Shown here: positions 19,129 to 29,452 of the stretch, one piece after another
How positions within the stretch are numbered: the stretch's first letter is position 1
How the letters are laid out: each line of letters starts with the position of its first letter
Assembly: GCA_014728075.1 (NCBI GenBank)
Contig: WJMG01000027.1
Coordinates: 696-64,695, forward strand
DNA from: Candidatus Omnitrophota bacterium
GTDB lineage: Bacteria; Omnitrophota; Gorgyraeia; Tantalellales; Tantalellaceae
DNA length: 64,000 nucleotides
Reading direction: 5' to 3'
The notes under the pieces: model-generated
Database searches by the model: none
Told to the model about the DNA's origin: nothing
The model's input: the letters and a program-made list of their open reading frames with translations, nothing else
Position numbers and translations under genes: made by a program

Positions 19129-20061
19129 CTAATCGAGAAGATCGCGAAAAAGCCAGGTGCTTAAATACCTTTCTCCGGTATCGCACAGGACCGTTACAAC
19201 GGTCTTGCCCCTGTTCTCTTTCCGTGAAGCGACCTGCAGGCTGGCGGCGAGGTTGGCGCCGGCCGATATGCCCACGAGAAGGCCTTCTTCCCTTGCGGCT
19301 TTACGCGCGTAATCACCCGCCATATCGTCGGAAACAGTTATTATCTCATCTAAAAGCCCTTTTTTCAAGATTTTAGGCACGAACCCCGCCCCTATGCCCT
19401 GTATCTTATGGGGCCCGGGCTCTCCTCCCGAGAGGACATTCGACGCTTCGGGTTCAACTCCTATGACCCTGACACCGGGGATCTCTTCCTTCAGCGCGGA
19501 CCCCACTCCGGTAACGGTCCCGCCTGTACCGATAGCGGCCACGAAAAAGTCTATCTCTCCTCCGGTATCCTCGAGTATCTCACGGGCCGTCGTCCTGTAA
19601 TGTATTTCGGGATTAGCCGGGTTCTCGAATTGCTGAGGCATAAAGGCATTCTCTTTAGAAGAAACTATATCTTCCGCCTTTTCAACCGCTCCCTTCATGC
19701 CCTTTTCCCCGGGAGTAAGGACTATTTCGGCACCGAGTATCCTGAGAAGCGCTCTGCGCTCAACGCTCATAGTATCAGGCATGGTCAGCACGAGATCATA
19801 ACCTCTCGCCGCGCAGACAAAAGCGAGCGCTATGCCGGTATTCCCGCTGGTAGGCTCGACTATAACTGAACCCTTTTCGATCTTCCCTTCCTTTTCGGCC
19901 GCCTCTATCATGGCAAGCCCTATACGGTCTTTCACGCTTGAAAGAGGATTAAAGAACTCGGCCTTACCCAGCACTTCGGCGCCGGTATCCTTCGCGAGCT
20001 TTTTCAACCTTATAAGGGGAGTATTCCCTACTGTCCTTGTTATATCGTCGTATATTTTCAT
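19129..20061 (-). CDS. cysK: Cysteine synthase A
   Basis: [34 protein letters not shown]. Confidence 0.96.
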   Translation of the reverse strand: MKIYDDITRTVGNTPLIRLKKLAKDTGAEVLGKAEFFNPLSSVKDRIGLAMIEAAEKEGKIEKGSVIVEPTSGNTGIALAFVCAARGYDLVLTMPDTMSVERRALLRILGAEIVLTPGEKGMKGAVEKAEDIVSSKENAFMPQQFENPANPEIHYRTTAREILEDTGGEIDFFVAAIGTGGTVTGVGSALKEEIPGVRVIGVEPEASNVLSGGEPGPHKIQGIGAGFVPKILKKGLLDEIITVSDDMAGDYARKAAREEGLLVGISAGANLAASLQVASRKENRGKTVVTVLCDTGERYLSTWLFRDLLD

Positions 20062-20083
20062 GATGGTCTCCTTCTTTCAAGGA

Positions 20084-20168
20084 AAAGGCACAGGTAGTGG
20101 TATAGATGAATGAGATCCCGCAAATTCCTGTTCCTGCACCTGTACCTTTACCTGTTCCCTGTACCTTG
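20084..20168. repeat. Hexamer microsatellite-like repeat between metY and cysK
   Basis: CCTGTT CCTGCA CCTGTA CCTTTA CCTGTT (C)CCTGTA, facing complementary AGGCAC AGGTAG units. Confidence 0.6.
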
Positions 20169-20170
20169 AA

Positions 20171-21478
<1,308 letters not shown>

Positions 21479-21913
21479 TTAAATAATATAATTGAACTCA
21501 TTTCTCGATATTTCCTCATTAAGCCTTGACTTAAGGTCCTTTACGCTTATACACAAAAGGCTGCCGCATATCTTCTTATGCACGGACCTCATGACATCCG
21601 ACAGCACTATGTCTATAGGGTTCCCGGAGCCTTCCGTGTCCGCGCTCATCACTTCCAGTTTCTGATTCGTTTTTTCGAGTATGGCGAGGACAGTCTCGTT
21701 CCCGACATCCCCGGACAGCCTGTATCCGCCCCGCGGCCCCCTTTTACTTTTAAGGTAGCCCGCTTTTTTCAGCCCCAGGAGGACCTGCTCCATTACCTTT
21801 TCCGAGATATCAAGCCTCTGGGACACATCTTTAATGGACAAACTTCCGCTTCTGCTGGAAGCGAAAAGTAATATGGTCTTTATATAGTAGTATCCTTTTT
21901 TGCCTATCAACAT
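21479..21913 (-). CDS. Rrf2 family transcriptional regulator (CymR-like)
   Basis: EQVL..LKKAGYLKSKRGPRGGYRL; first gene of the met/cys operon. Confidence 0.9.
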   Translation of the reverse strand: MLIGKKGYYYIKTILLFASSRSGSLSIKDVSQRLDISEKVMEQVLLGLKKAGYLKSKRGPRGGYRLSGDVGNETVLAILEKTNQKLEVMSADTEGSGNPIDIVLSDVMRSVHKKICGSLLCISVKDLKSRLNEEISRNEFNYII

Positions 21914-21958
21914 GATAAAAAAGTCCTAAATTATCCTATTTCCCTGTAGACAACTAGT

Positions 21959-21987
21959 AGAATATCATATCTTTGCGCTGATGTCAA
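21959..21987 (-). promoter_or_regulatory. sigma70 promoter of the Rrf2-met/cys operon
   Basis: TTGACA-N17-TATTCT with TG extension. Confidence 0.65.
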
Positions 21988-22107
21988 CAGATCATCTGGC
22001 ACATCCTCGCGGCTTAAGCCTCCGTAAACCTTATTTTCACGCCCCGCCCTTTCAGCCCGAAAACGGAACGGCTTACCGGAGCTCCTCACTCTACGGTTCC
22101 AATGTAT

Positions 22108-22132
22108 AAAAAAGGCCCGCGAAAAGCGGGCC
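22108..22132 (-). terminator. Intrinsic terminator
   Basis: A6-GGCCCGC-gaaaa-GCGGGCC. Confidence 0.7.
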
Positions 22133-22159
22133 CGTGAAAAGTTCGTGCGCGGCAGGATC

Positions 22160-23173
22160 TCACCAGGACCAGTATTCCCTGTCGTTAAGGTCTTTCACCC
22201 GCATGGGCTGCATTTCGGTATTGCGTCCGACAATATAACCTGACCCGTAAAAATTTCGGACCCAGTAGACCACTTCTTTCCAGAAATAATATACAACATA
22301 TTCCCACAACGGCGGAGACACTCTCCTGACCTCATAAGTAACATAGTCGTTGTTCACCATGACCCTGATATAGTGAAGGAACCCTCCGTCCGCTTCCGGG
22401 ATCTCTATAAGCATTCCGCCGCCGCCCGTGGTGATGTAATCGACACCGTCGAAGACCTGGTGGTCGTACATGTGCTTGTGCCCGGCAAAGACCATGTCGA
22501 CCTTGTATTCTCCGCAGAGCTTCCTGAAACGGTAGGACCAGGGACTGTTATCCTCGTTATACCACTCCTGCTGATAAGGATCGTACGGCGGCTTATGCAT
22601 GGCTATAAAAATATGATCGTACTTCTCTCCCGCCTTGAGATGCTCTTCAAGCCAGGCGAACTGGGTGTCGCTGAGGGCTCCGTCCTCGTTGTCCAATACT
22701 ATGAAGTACGAATTCCTGTTCGCGAAAGCGAACTCTTTATTGCCGCAATATTCGTCAAAAAGCTTCCTGTCGTCGTGGTTACCGATAGCGGTTATGACGG
22801 GATATTTTATCAGCCGCTGGACCTTTTTCCACGCCTCAAACTGCGACCGCGACCCGTCCAGCGTAACATCCCCCACTCCCAGGACAAAGTCGATGGGGAC
22901 TTTCCTGAAACGGTCTTCCCTGTTCATGTGCCAGATCTCTTTCATCGCGGCGGCATCGTTAAAGATGAGGCCGGCGTGATTATCCCCGAAGACAATGAAA
23001 GAGAAGTACACACCCTCGTTATCCACCAGTTTCAGCACATTCGCCTGGTTGTTGTCATCGAGCGGGGCGCCTTTCATGAACCAGAAATGGAACATGGGCA
23101 GAAAGGAATAGGCCACAGCCCCGATGAAAACATATATAAGTATTTTCCTGAACCTTCTCGTTCTTCTTCCCAT
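22160..23173 (-). CDS. Membrane-anchored calcineurin-like metallophosphoesterase
   Basis: GDNH, GD, GNHD, H, GHKH motifs; N-terminal TM. Confidence 0.88.
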   Translation of the reverse strand: MGRRTRRFRKILIYVFIGAVAYSFLPMFHFWFMKGAPLDDNNQANVLKLVDNEGVYFSFIVFGDNHAGLIFNDAAAMKEIWHMNREDRFRKVPIDFVLGVGDVTLDGSRSQFEAWKKVQRLIKYPVITAIGNHDDRKLFDEYCGNKEFAFANRNSYFIVLDNEDGALSDTQFAWLEEHLKAGEKYDHIFIAMHKPPYDPYQQEWYNEDNSPWSYRFRKLCGEYKVDMVFAGHKHMYDHQVFDGVDYITTGGGGMLIEIPEADGGFLHYIRVMVNNDYVTYEVRRVSPPLWEYVVYYFWKEVVYWVRNFYGSGYIVGRNTEMQPMRVKDLNDREYWSW

Positions 23174-23193
23174 TTAATGTCCTTTCAGCGTCC

Positions 23194-23679
23194 CTATTCC
23201 GGGGATATATCCCTTACTTCGTATGAGAGCGTCCCGGCAGGCACCTCGATCTCTATCCGGTCCCCGACCTTATGCCCCACGATCGCCCGCCCTACAGGGG
23301 AAGAAACGGATATCTTGTCGGCGTCAAAATCCGATTCCTCCTCGGAAACGAGCATGTAGCTGAACTCTTCGCCGGACTCCAGGTCCTTGAGCTTTACGGT
23401 CATTCCAAGCCTCGCCTCGTCTCCGGAAAGAGTGGAACTGTCTATTATATTGGCCCTCGAGAGAACATCCTCAAGATCGGCGATACGCTTTTCGTTCATG
23501 GCCTGCTCTTCCTTGGCGGCATCGTATTCGGCGTTCTCGCTCAGGTCCCCCTGAGCACGGGCCTCGCTCAGCGCCCTGGCTATCTCCCTGCGCTTGGGGC
23601 CTTTAAGATATTCTAGTTCCTCGAGTTTCTTATTATAACCTTCACGGGTCAAAGCAACTCTTCCGTCCCCCATTCTCAT
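23194..23679 (-). CDS. greA: Transcription elongation factor GreA
   Basis: GDLSENAEYDAAK, ISVSSPVG. Confidence 0.97.
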   Translation of the reverse strand: MRMGDGRVALTREGYNKKLEELEYLKGPKRREIARALSEARAQGDLSENAEYDAAKEEQAMNEKRIADLEDVLSRANIIDSSTLSGDEARLGMTVKLKDLESGEEFSYMLVSEEESDFDADKISVSSPVGRAIVGHKVGDRIEIEVPAGTLSYEVRDISPE

Positions 23680-23866
23680 ACCTCCCTCCTGCTCCGGTAC
23701 TTTGGACTTACCTGATAGATGTTTTCATTCAAGTTGTAATTATATAGCATGAATAGCCCTATTACAAATGTTAATTCAATACATCCCCGGTGACAAGCCG
23801 GGTCTCCGGAGGAAAAAGCACAAAAGCCCCCCTTTTGTAAAAAATGAAATAGTTAGTTTTGATATC

Positions 23867-23894
23867 TTGCTTTTTGTATTTTTATCATTAAAAT
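23867..23894 (+). promoter_or_regulatory. Probable promoter of riboswitch-GH113 transcript
   Basis: TTGCTT-N16-TAAAAT about 40 nt upstream of the aptamer. Confidence 0.5.
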
Positions 23895-23935
23895 TGAAGT
23901 TGAGTATCGGGAACAGTTCTTTCTTAGAAGAAAAG

Positions 23936-24033
23936 TCAAAACGAAAAGGCAAACTATCCGAAAGGATAGGACAGCAAAGTCGCGAGCCTACTTTCCTTAA
24001 CCGGGATACGGCAGTCGGACTACCGAATTTTGA
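23936..24033 (+). ncRNA. Cyclic di-GMP-I (GEMM) riboswitch aptamer
   Basis: GGCAAAC-TATCC-GAAA-GGATA-GGACAGCAAAG..GCCTAC..CGGCAG..CTACCG; P1 TCAAAA/TTTTGA. Confidence 0.9.
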
Positions 24034-24056
24034 GGACCCCTTTTTGGGACTCTCAT

Positions 24057-24099
24057 AGCCCTATCGGATAGTTACCTTTTCAGTCTGGTAGGGTTTTTT
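24057..24099 (+). terminator. Riboswitch expression-platform terminator
   Basis: AGCCCTATCGGA pairs with TCTGGTAGGGTT, followed by a T-run, upstream of the AGGAGG SD. Confidence 0.7.
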
Positions 24100-24121
24100 A
24101 TTTTGAAAGGAGGTTTCAAAA

Positions 24122-25222
24122 ATGGGGATTAAAAGGATTTTCAACAAAATAGCGGCTCTCGCGACCGTATGCTGTTTCGTAATATCGGGAATGACCGGTA
24201 CCGTGACAGCCTTTTCCGAAACCGCTCTTATGCCGCTTCAAAAAGGCATGTGCTATGTGACCTGGGACAGGGACCGTTTCGCAACACAATATTCCGACAA
24301 TTCACTTACAAAGCTCTCAGAGATGGGAGTCGAGTACATTTCACTTTGCGTGACCGAGTATCAGGAAAAATACAACTCGACACGCATAGAGGAAACGGAC
24401 AAAACACCCAGCTCCAGAAGCGTAAAGCATGTTATAAGGAAAGCACACGACCTCGGCATGAAGGTCATGCTCAAACCGCACATCGACCTTATTGACAAGT
24501 TCGACGGCACTTACTGGAGAGCGGACATCGGGTTCGCGACCGAAAAAGACTGGGAAGAATGGTTCGAGGAATACGAAGACTTCATAATCAAATACGCCAA
24601 GATCGCCCAGAGATGTAAAGTGGATATATTCTGCGTGGGGACCGAGCTGTCTTTCACCGCCCAGAAAGAGGATAAATGGCGCGAGATAATAGCAAAGGTC
24701 AAAAAGATCTATGACGGGAAACTGGTCTATGCCGCCAACTGGGATAATTTCAAGAACATAGGTTTCTGGGACGAAATGGACTATGTGGGTATAGACGCCT
24801 ATTTCCCCCTCTCCTATGACCCGGATCCGTCGATGGAAGACCTGAAAAAGGGTTGGGAAAAATGGAAAAAGGACATTGCCTACTGGCAGAGCCAGATAAA
24901 CAAACCGATAATATTCACCGAACTCGGGTACGCCTCGACAGCTCACGCGCCTTACTCTCCCTGGAAAGGGGGCTATAGCGGTAACGCTGACCCTGAAATA
25001 CAGGCCAAATGCTACAAAGCTTTCTTTGACACGGTCTGGAAAGAACCATGGTTCGCGGGTGTGTACTGGTGGAAGTGGGACACTAACACAAGGGCCGGAG
25101 GAGAACATAACAGGCAGTTCACTCCTCAGAACAAGCCCGCACAGCGTATAATAGAGGCTAACTACAAAGGCATGCCCGGAGATTCGGACTACGCAATGAT
25201 AAAAGCCGAAGATCAACGGTAG
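24122..25222 (+). CDS. Secreted glycoside hydrolase family 113 (beta-mannanase-like), copy 1
   Basis: Signal peptide; KVMLKPHID, GTEL, YAANWD, GIDAYFPL, FTELGY, FTPQNKPA. Confidence 0.85.
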   Translation: MGIKRIFNKIAALATVCCFVISGMTGTVTAFSETALMPLQKGMCYVTWDRDRFATQYSDNSLTKLSEMGVEYISLCVTEYQEKYNSTRIEETDKTPSSRSVKHVIRKAHDLGMKVMLKPHIDLIDKFDGTYWRADIGFATEKDWEEWFEEYEDFIIKYAKIAQRCKVDIFCVGTELSFTAQKEDKWREIIAKVKKIYDGKLVYAANWDNFKNIGFWDEMDYVGIDAYFPLSYDPDPSMEDLKKGWEKWKKDIAYWQSQINKPIIFTELGYASTAHAPYSPWKGGYSGNADPEIQAKCYKAFFDTVWKEPWFAGVYWWKWDTNTRAGGEHNRQFTPQNKPAQRIIEANYKGMPGDSDYAMIKAEDQR

Positions 25223-25242
25223 AGCGATAATATATGTCACGC

Positions 25243-25276
25243 AAAAAAGCAGCGGCATTAGCCGCTGCTTTTTTTT
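25243..25276 (+). terminator. Intrinsic terminator between the GH113 genes
   Basis: A6-GCAGCGGC-atta-GCCGCTGC-T8. Confidence 0.85.
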
Positions 25277-25335
25277 GCCCTGCCCTCTCCTGATCGGCGG
25301 GCAAAAAATGGATCTCTTGGTTAAGATAATAAAAG

Positions 25336-25364
25336 TTGACTTATACGGGCTTACATTTTATAAT
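25336..25364 (+). promoter_or_regulatory. sigma70 promoter of GH113 copy 2
   Basis: TTGACT-N17-TATAAT. Confidence 0.8.
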
Positions 25365-25461
25365 GCCAATGCGTTCACAGTAAAAAAATAAATAGTTTGC
25401 ACACATTTCCCGTCCCCTCGGATCTGGAGGGTGGGAGCAACAAGGGACGGAGTGGAACATT

Positions 25462-26568
25462 ATGGAGGTCTATACATCAGGCTTAGCCGGGAAGCTTAAA
25501 TCTTTTCTTTTATTTTTTGTATCGATACTGAGCCTTTCTTTTTTAACCCCTGATCCGGTCGTTTCGAACAGTTTTGAGATACCGTATCTCCAAAAAGGGC
25601 TCTGTTACGCGACATGGGACAAGGACAGGTTCCTTTCCCCCTATTCCGACATGTCCCTCAAGGAACTTGCCGGCACCGGAGCCGACTTTGTACAGATAAT
25701 AGTCACGCAATACCAGGAAAATCCAGATTCTACGGACATCAGAAGAACGGAACATACCCCGAGCGACAAAAGCCTCGTTCACGCCATCAAAAAAGCACAG
25801 GCCAACGGCCTCAAGGTAATGCTCAAGCCTCACATTGACCTGATAAACAATTCCGGAAATTTATATCACAGGGCCGATATAGGCTTTGCCCGCGAAAAAG
25901 ACTGGCGGGAGTGGTTCGATTCTTACAGTAAGTTCATCCTGCATTACGCCCGCATAGCCGAGGCCACCGGCGTGAACATCTTCTGCGTCGGCACCGAACT
26001 TTCCTTCACCACCCAGAAGAACGACCTCTGGGAAAAAAAGGTTATCTTTCCGGTCAGAGAAATATATAAAGGAAAGCTCATATACGCGGCCAACTGGGAC
26101 AATTATTCCATGGTAGAATTCTGGGACGAACTGGACTATGTGGGGATAGACGCATACTTTCCCTTGACGGCGGAACCGGACCCGTCCGTCAGCGAACTGT
26201 CACGCGGCTGGAAAAGATGGCAACATGAGCTTGCCGGATGGCAATCATACATCGGAAAACCTGTGATCTTCACCGAAATAGGATACCCCAGCGCGGCGCA
26301 CGCGGGGTACGAACCCTGGAAAAGCGGTTATACCGGCAACGCCGACCCGGAACTCCAGGCAAGATGCTATAAAGCTTTTTTCAATACCGTATGGGGGTCC
26401 CCCTGGCTGAAAGGCGTATACTGGTGGAAATGGGATACCAGCGTTTACGCGGGCGGAAAGAACAACAGGCAGTTCACCCCGCAGAACAAACCCGCCGAAA
26501 AGATCCTGAAAGAGAACTACCGCATACCCCAGCGGCATCGAAGATTCATTATAGCCCGGGACGACTAG
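25462..26568 (+). CDS. Glycoside hydrolase family 113, copy 2 (tandem paralog)
   Basis: Same motifs as copy 1 (GTEL, FTEIGY); hydrophobic N-terminus. Confidence 0.85.
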   Translation: MEVYTSGLAGKLKSFLLFFVSILSLSFLTPDPVVSNSFEIPYLQKGLCYATWDKDRFLSPYSDMSLKELAGTGADFVQIIVTQYQENPDSTDIRRTEHTPSDKSLVHAIKKAQANGLKVMLKPHIDLINNSGNLYHRADIGFAREKDWREWFDSYSKFILHYARIAEATGVNIFCVGTELSFTTQKNDLWEKKVIFPVREIYKGKLIYAANWDNYSMVEFWDELDYVGIDAYFPLTAEPDPSVSELSRGWKRWQHELAGWQSYIGKPVIFTEIGYPSAAHAGYEPWKSGYTGNADPELQARCYKAFFNTVWGSPWLKGVYWWKWDTSVYAGGKNNRQFTPQNKPAEKILKENYRIPQRHRRFIIARDD

Positions 26569-26588
26569 AAGAAATTTTCGGACAAAAC

Positions 26589-26614
26589 AAGGGCCGGGCA
26601 ATGCCCGGCCCCTT
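26589..26614. terminator. Terminator hairpin between convergent genes
   Basis: GGGCCGGGCA-a-TGCCCGGCCC. Confidence 0.7.
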
Positions 26615-26640
26615 ATAAACTCCTCTTATACCACCGGCCG

Positions 26641-27099
26641 CTATTCTTTTTGCTTTTTGTCCGGCGATCCCGGATCGATACCCCATTCTATTAGTTTTCC
26701 TTCAGGCCCGAAGATCAGATAGACCTTCTCGCCGGTGAAAAAATCAGAAGAGGCCGCTTTGTAAACCCATCTCACTTCCCCCGCCTTTTCCCCGGGGATC
26801 TCCACCACCGGTTCACCGAAGTCTTTTTTCACCTCAAAAGCGGCAGCCCCTTTTCTCAGGGCTTCGTGCTCGACCGCCTTTTTGACCTCTTTAAAGCTCC
26901 GGGTCTCTTCCCTGTATTCCCTTTCCATCTTTCCCCTGTCTCCGGAAAGCTCCATAAGAGCGCCGACGCCATGCTTGGATTTTACCCACTTCTTTTTTTT
27001 GCCGCCTCCGAAGAAAGCGTCCGCGCTTTCGGGAAAGACACTCGCCAAAAGGAATGTCAAGGCCGCCACAGCGGAAATTATCCTGGATCCGGTAACCAT
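26641..27099 (-). CDS. Exported hypothetical protein (possible BamE/SmpA-like fold)
   Basis: Signal peptide (ADA-F), FGEP..WVYK..VYLIF. Confidence 0.6.
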   Translation of the reverse strand: MVTGSRIISAVAALTFLLASVFPESADAFFGGGKKKKWVKSKHGVGALMELSGDRGKMEREYREETRSFKEVKKAVEHEALRKGAAAFEVKKDFGEPVVEIPGEKAGEVRWVYKAASSDFFTGEKVYLIFGPEGKLIEWGIDPGSPDKKQKE

Positions 27100-27120
27100 T
27101 ATCTCTCACCGCCCCGGTTT

Positions 27121-27291
27121 CTATTTCTTTTTTTTGTCCTTACCGCGGCTTTCGACCAGGGCCTTTTCCAGAATTGTCCTGAAATGGTTCAGTTCGGACC
27201 TGGAAAGCAGAAAATGGGCCCTGAGTTTTTTTTCTACTATCTGTATCTCGAAAGTATCCGCTTCTTTCTTATATCTGACATTTATCTTCAT
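27121..27291 (-). CDS. Small hypothetical protein (56 aa)
   Basis: GGAG SD before MKINVRY; lies in the operon after phoH-like gene. Confidence 0.5.
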   Translation of the reverse strand: MKINVRYKKEADTFEIQIVEKKLRAHFLLSRSELNHFRTILEKALVESRGKDKKKK

Positions 27292-27409
27292 ATCGCTCCG
27301 GCAGAAACATAAAAGTTGATCAGGCCCCGTCGGGCTCGCTAACGGCACTCGCCGTTACGCCTTAAAAATTATTTCAGATCCCGGCAGAGTTTATCCGCGG
27401 CCGGGCCTG

Positions 27410-28732
27410 CTACAACAGCTCGGCGGCAAGGGACGCCAGAGGGCTCCTCTCGCTTCTTTCAAGTGTTATGTGTCCGTACATCTTCTGCCCCTTCATCTTT
27501 TCAACACAATAAGCGAGACCGTTGCTCGAAGAATCGAGATAGGGACTGTCTATCTGGTACGGATCGCCCGTAAGCACCATTTTAGTGGCGTTGCCGGCCC
27601 GGCTTATAACCGTCTTAACCTCGTGCGGGGTCATGTTCTGGACCTCGTCTATTATTATGAACCTGTTGGGGATGCTTCTTCCCCTCATAAAGGTCATGGC
27701 TTCAAGCTCGATTATCTCTTCCTTGATGTACCTGTCTATCTGTGTTTTTGCCTGTATTTTTATGTTCCTGTCTTTTCTGTCGGAATTTACGATGTATTCG
27801 AGATTATCGAAAATGGGGCCCATCCAGCTTTCGAGTTTTTCTTCTTTTGTCCCGGGAAGATATCCGATATCCTTACCTACAGGCATTACCGGCCGGGATA
27901 TGAGCATGCCCTCGTATTTTTTCTCTTTTGTGACCTTCTGCAGTCCGGCAGCGAGAGCAAGCAGCGTCTTGCCCGTGCCGGCGGGTCCCAGGAGGGTCAC
28001 CAGGGATACCTCGTCGTTAAGAAGAAGTTCCATCGCCATTGCCTGCTCCTTGTTCCTGGGACGAATGGACATTATATTGCTTTTGTTGAAAATAAGGGGA
28101 ATGAGCGATTCGCCCTCTTCCCTGTACCTGCCGATCGCAGTATGCTTCGGGTTCTCGTTATCCACGAGAAGAGCGAACTCGTTAGCGAAGAAATTTCTTC
28201 CGTCCACCTTATGTTCTTTCTTCTTGTACAATTCATCTATAGCTTCTTTCGTAGTTGAAATGGAATGCCACCCCAGATAAAGCTCGTCTATCTCGACCTT
28301 CTCTTTTTCATAATCTACGCTCGTAAGGCCTATGGCGTCGGCTTTTATCCTGGCGTTAATATCTTTGGAAACAAAAATAACATTTTCGCCTTTCTGCTTC
28401 AGCATGTATCCGGTAAGAAGGATACGGTTATCCACTACGCTGTCGGAAAGCCCCAGGTCAACCACATCAGTGAAATCTATCCCGGTCAATATCTTGAGCC
28501 TGCCTCCGCCGCCGAGAGGATACCCCTCGCCCGGCTTGCCTTTTTGCCTGAGGGCGTCAAGTGTCCTTATCGCTTCCCTGGCGTTACGCCCTTTCTCGTC
28601 ATGGCTGCTCTTGAAACGATCAAGCTCCTCGAGCACTTCTATAGGCAAAAGCACGGTATTGTCTTCGAACGATTCCAGTGAATGGGGATTGTGGAGTATG
28701 ACGTTGGTATCAAGCACAAATGTCTTTTTCAA
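27410..28732 (-). CDS. PIN-domain PhoH family protein (PhoH2/YlaK-like)
   Basis: FVLDTNV, EELD, DNRIL, SKD.N.R (PIN); GPAGTGKT, GYLPG, RGRS, DEVQN, GDPYQID. Confidence 0.93.
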   Translation of the reverse strand: MKKTFVLDTNVILHNPHSLESFEDNTVLLPIEVLEELDRFKSSHDEKGRNAREAIRTLDALRQKGKPGEGYPLGGGGRLKILTGIDFTDVVDLGLSDSVVDNRILLTGYMLKQKGENVIFVSKDINARIKADAIGLTSVDYEKEKVEIDELYLGWHSISTTKEAIDELYKKKEHKVDGRNFFANEFALLVDNENPKHTAIGRYREEGESLIPLIFNKSNIMSIRPRNKEQAMAMELLLNDEVSLVTLLGPAGTGKTLLALAAGLQKVTKEKKYEGMLISRPVMPVGKDIGYLPGTKEEKLESWMGPIFDNLEYIVNSDRKDRNIKIQAKTQIDRYIKEEIIELEAMTFMRGRSIPNRFIIIDEVQNMTPHEVKTVISRAGNATKMVLTGDPYQIDSPYLDSSSNGLAYCVEKMKGQKMYGHITLERSERSPLASLAAELL

Positions 28733-28765
28733 AATATTCTCCGATCCTTATCTGGGGCACGGTTC

Positions 28766-29254
28766 TTACAGTTTGTTGACCAGGCCGGCGAACCTCCTGC
28801 CCATTTCCCGGCACTGAGCGGCGGCTCTTTCATCGGGAGCACCTATGGAGACGGGACCGTAATGGTCTCCTTTCTCATTACCCTGAACTATCATCCCGTG
28901 TATAAGCCACGCGCTGAGGATACTGAGTACGGTGGTTTCGTTCCCGCCGCCTATGTTCGCCGCCGAGGTGAAAGCGCTTCCCGCTTTACCCGCGAGCTTG
29001 CCGTGGTATTTCACGGACTCGTCTATCACCTTTTTAGCCTCATAGGCGAGAGTGCCGTAGTATGTGGGAGATCCCATGATTATACCGTCGTAGTCAAGCA
29101 GGCTCCCGGCGTCAAAACCCTCCACACTTCTTACATCGTGATCGGCCACGCCCGCCTCCGCCACGCCTTCTCCTATGAGCCTGGCCATCCTCTCCGTCGA
29201 TCCGGTCCTCGAGTAATATAATATTAGTATTCTTTTTCTCTTCTCTTCAGCCAT
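28766..29254 (-). CDS. Flavodoxin / WrbA-like NAD(P)H-dependent oxidoreductase
   Basis: YYSRTGSTERMA, GSPTYYG, GGGNET. Confidence 0.88.
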   Translation of the reverse strand: MAEEKRKRILILYYSRTGSTERMARLIGEGVAEAGVADHDVRSVEGFDAGSLLDYDGIIMGSPTYYGTLAYEAKKVIDESVKYHGKLAGKAGSAFTSAANIGGGNETTVLSILSAWLIHGMIVQGNEKGDHYGPVSIGAPDERAAAQCREMGRRFAGLVNKL

Positions 29255-29452
29255 AATCCCTCCCCAGGTATGGTAGCGACCGTGATTATAATATCATATT
29301 TCCGGACTTTCGGCTATATTTTGGGCTTCCTTCTTTCGGAAAGCCTCCTTCATGCCCGGCTGTCCGGACATTTACTTACGCGGCCCGTCCGTCCGCTTTA
29401 CACATTAAAAGGCGTCCCCTTCCGGCAATAGCCGCCGCTCCTGAGCGCCGGA

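Noticed and set aside
21914-22159. SAM riboswitch or T-box upstream of the met/cys operon
   Set aside because: The promoter is only about 45 nt from the Rrf2 start and no SAM-I or T-box consensus is visible.
23936-24033. cGAMP-specific GEMM-Ib variant
   Set aside because: The specificity position reads G (AAGGCAAAC), as in c-di-GMP binders.
27121-28732. PIN-PhoH plus small ORF as a toxin-antitoxin pair
   Set aside because: The small ORF is downstream and lacks an RHH/AbrB/HTH signature; PIN-PhoH proteins are common on their own.
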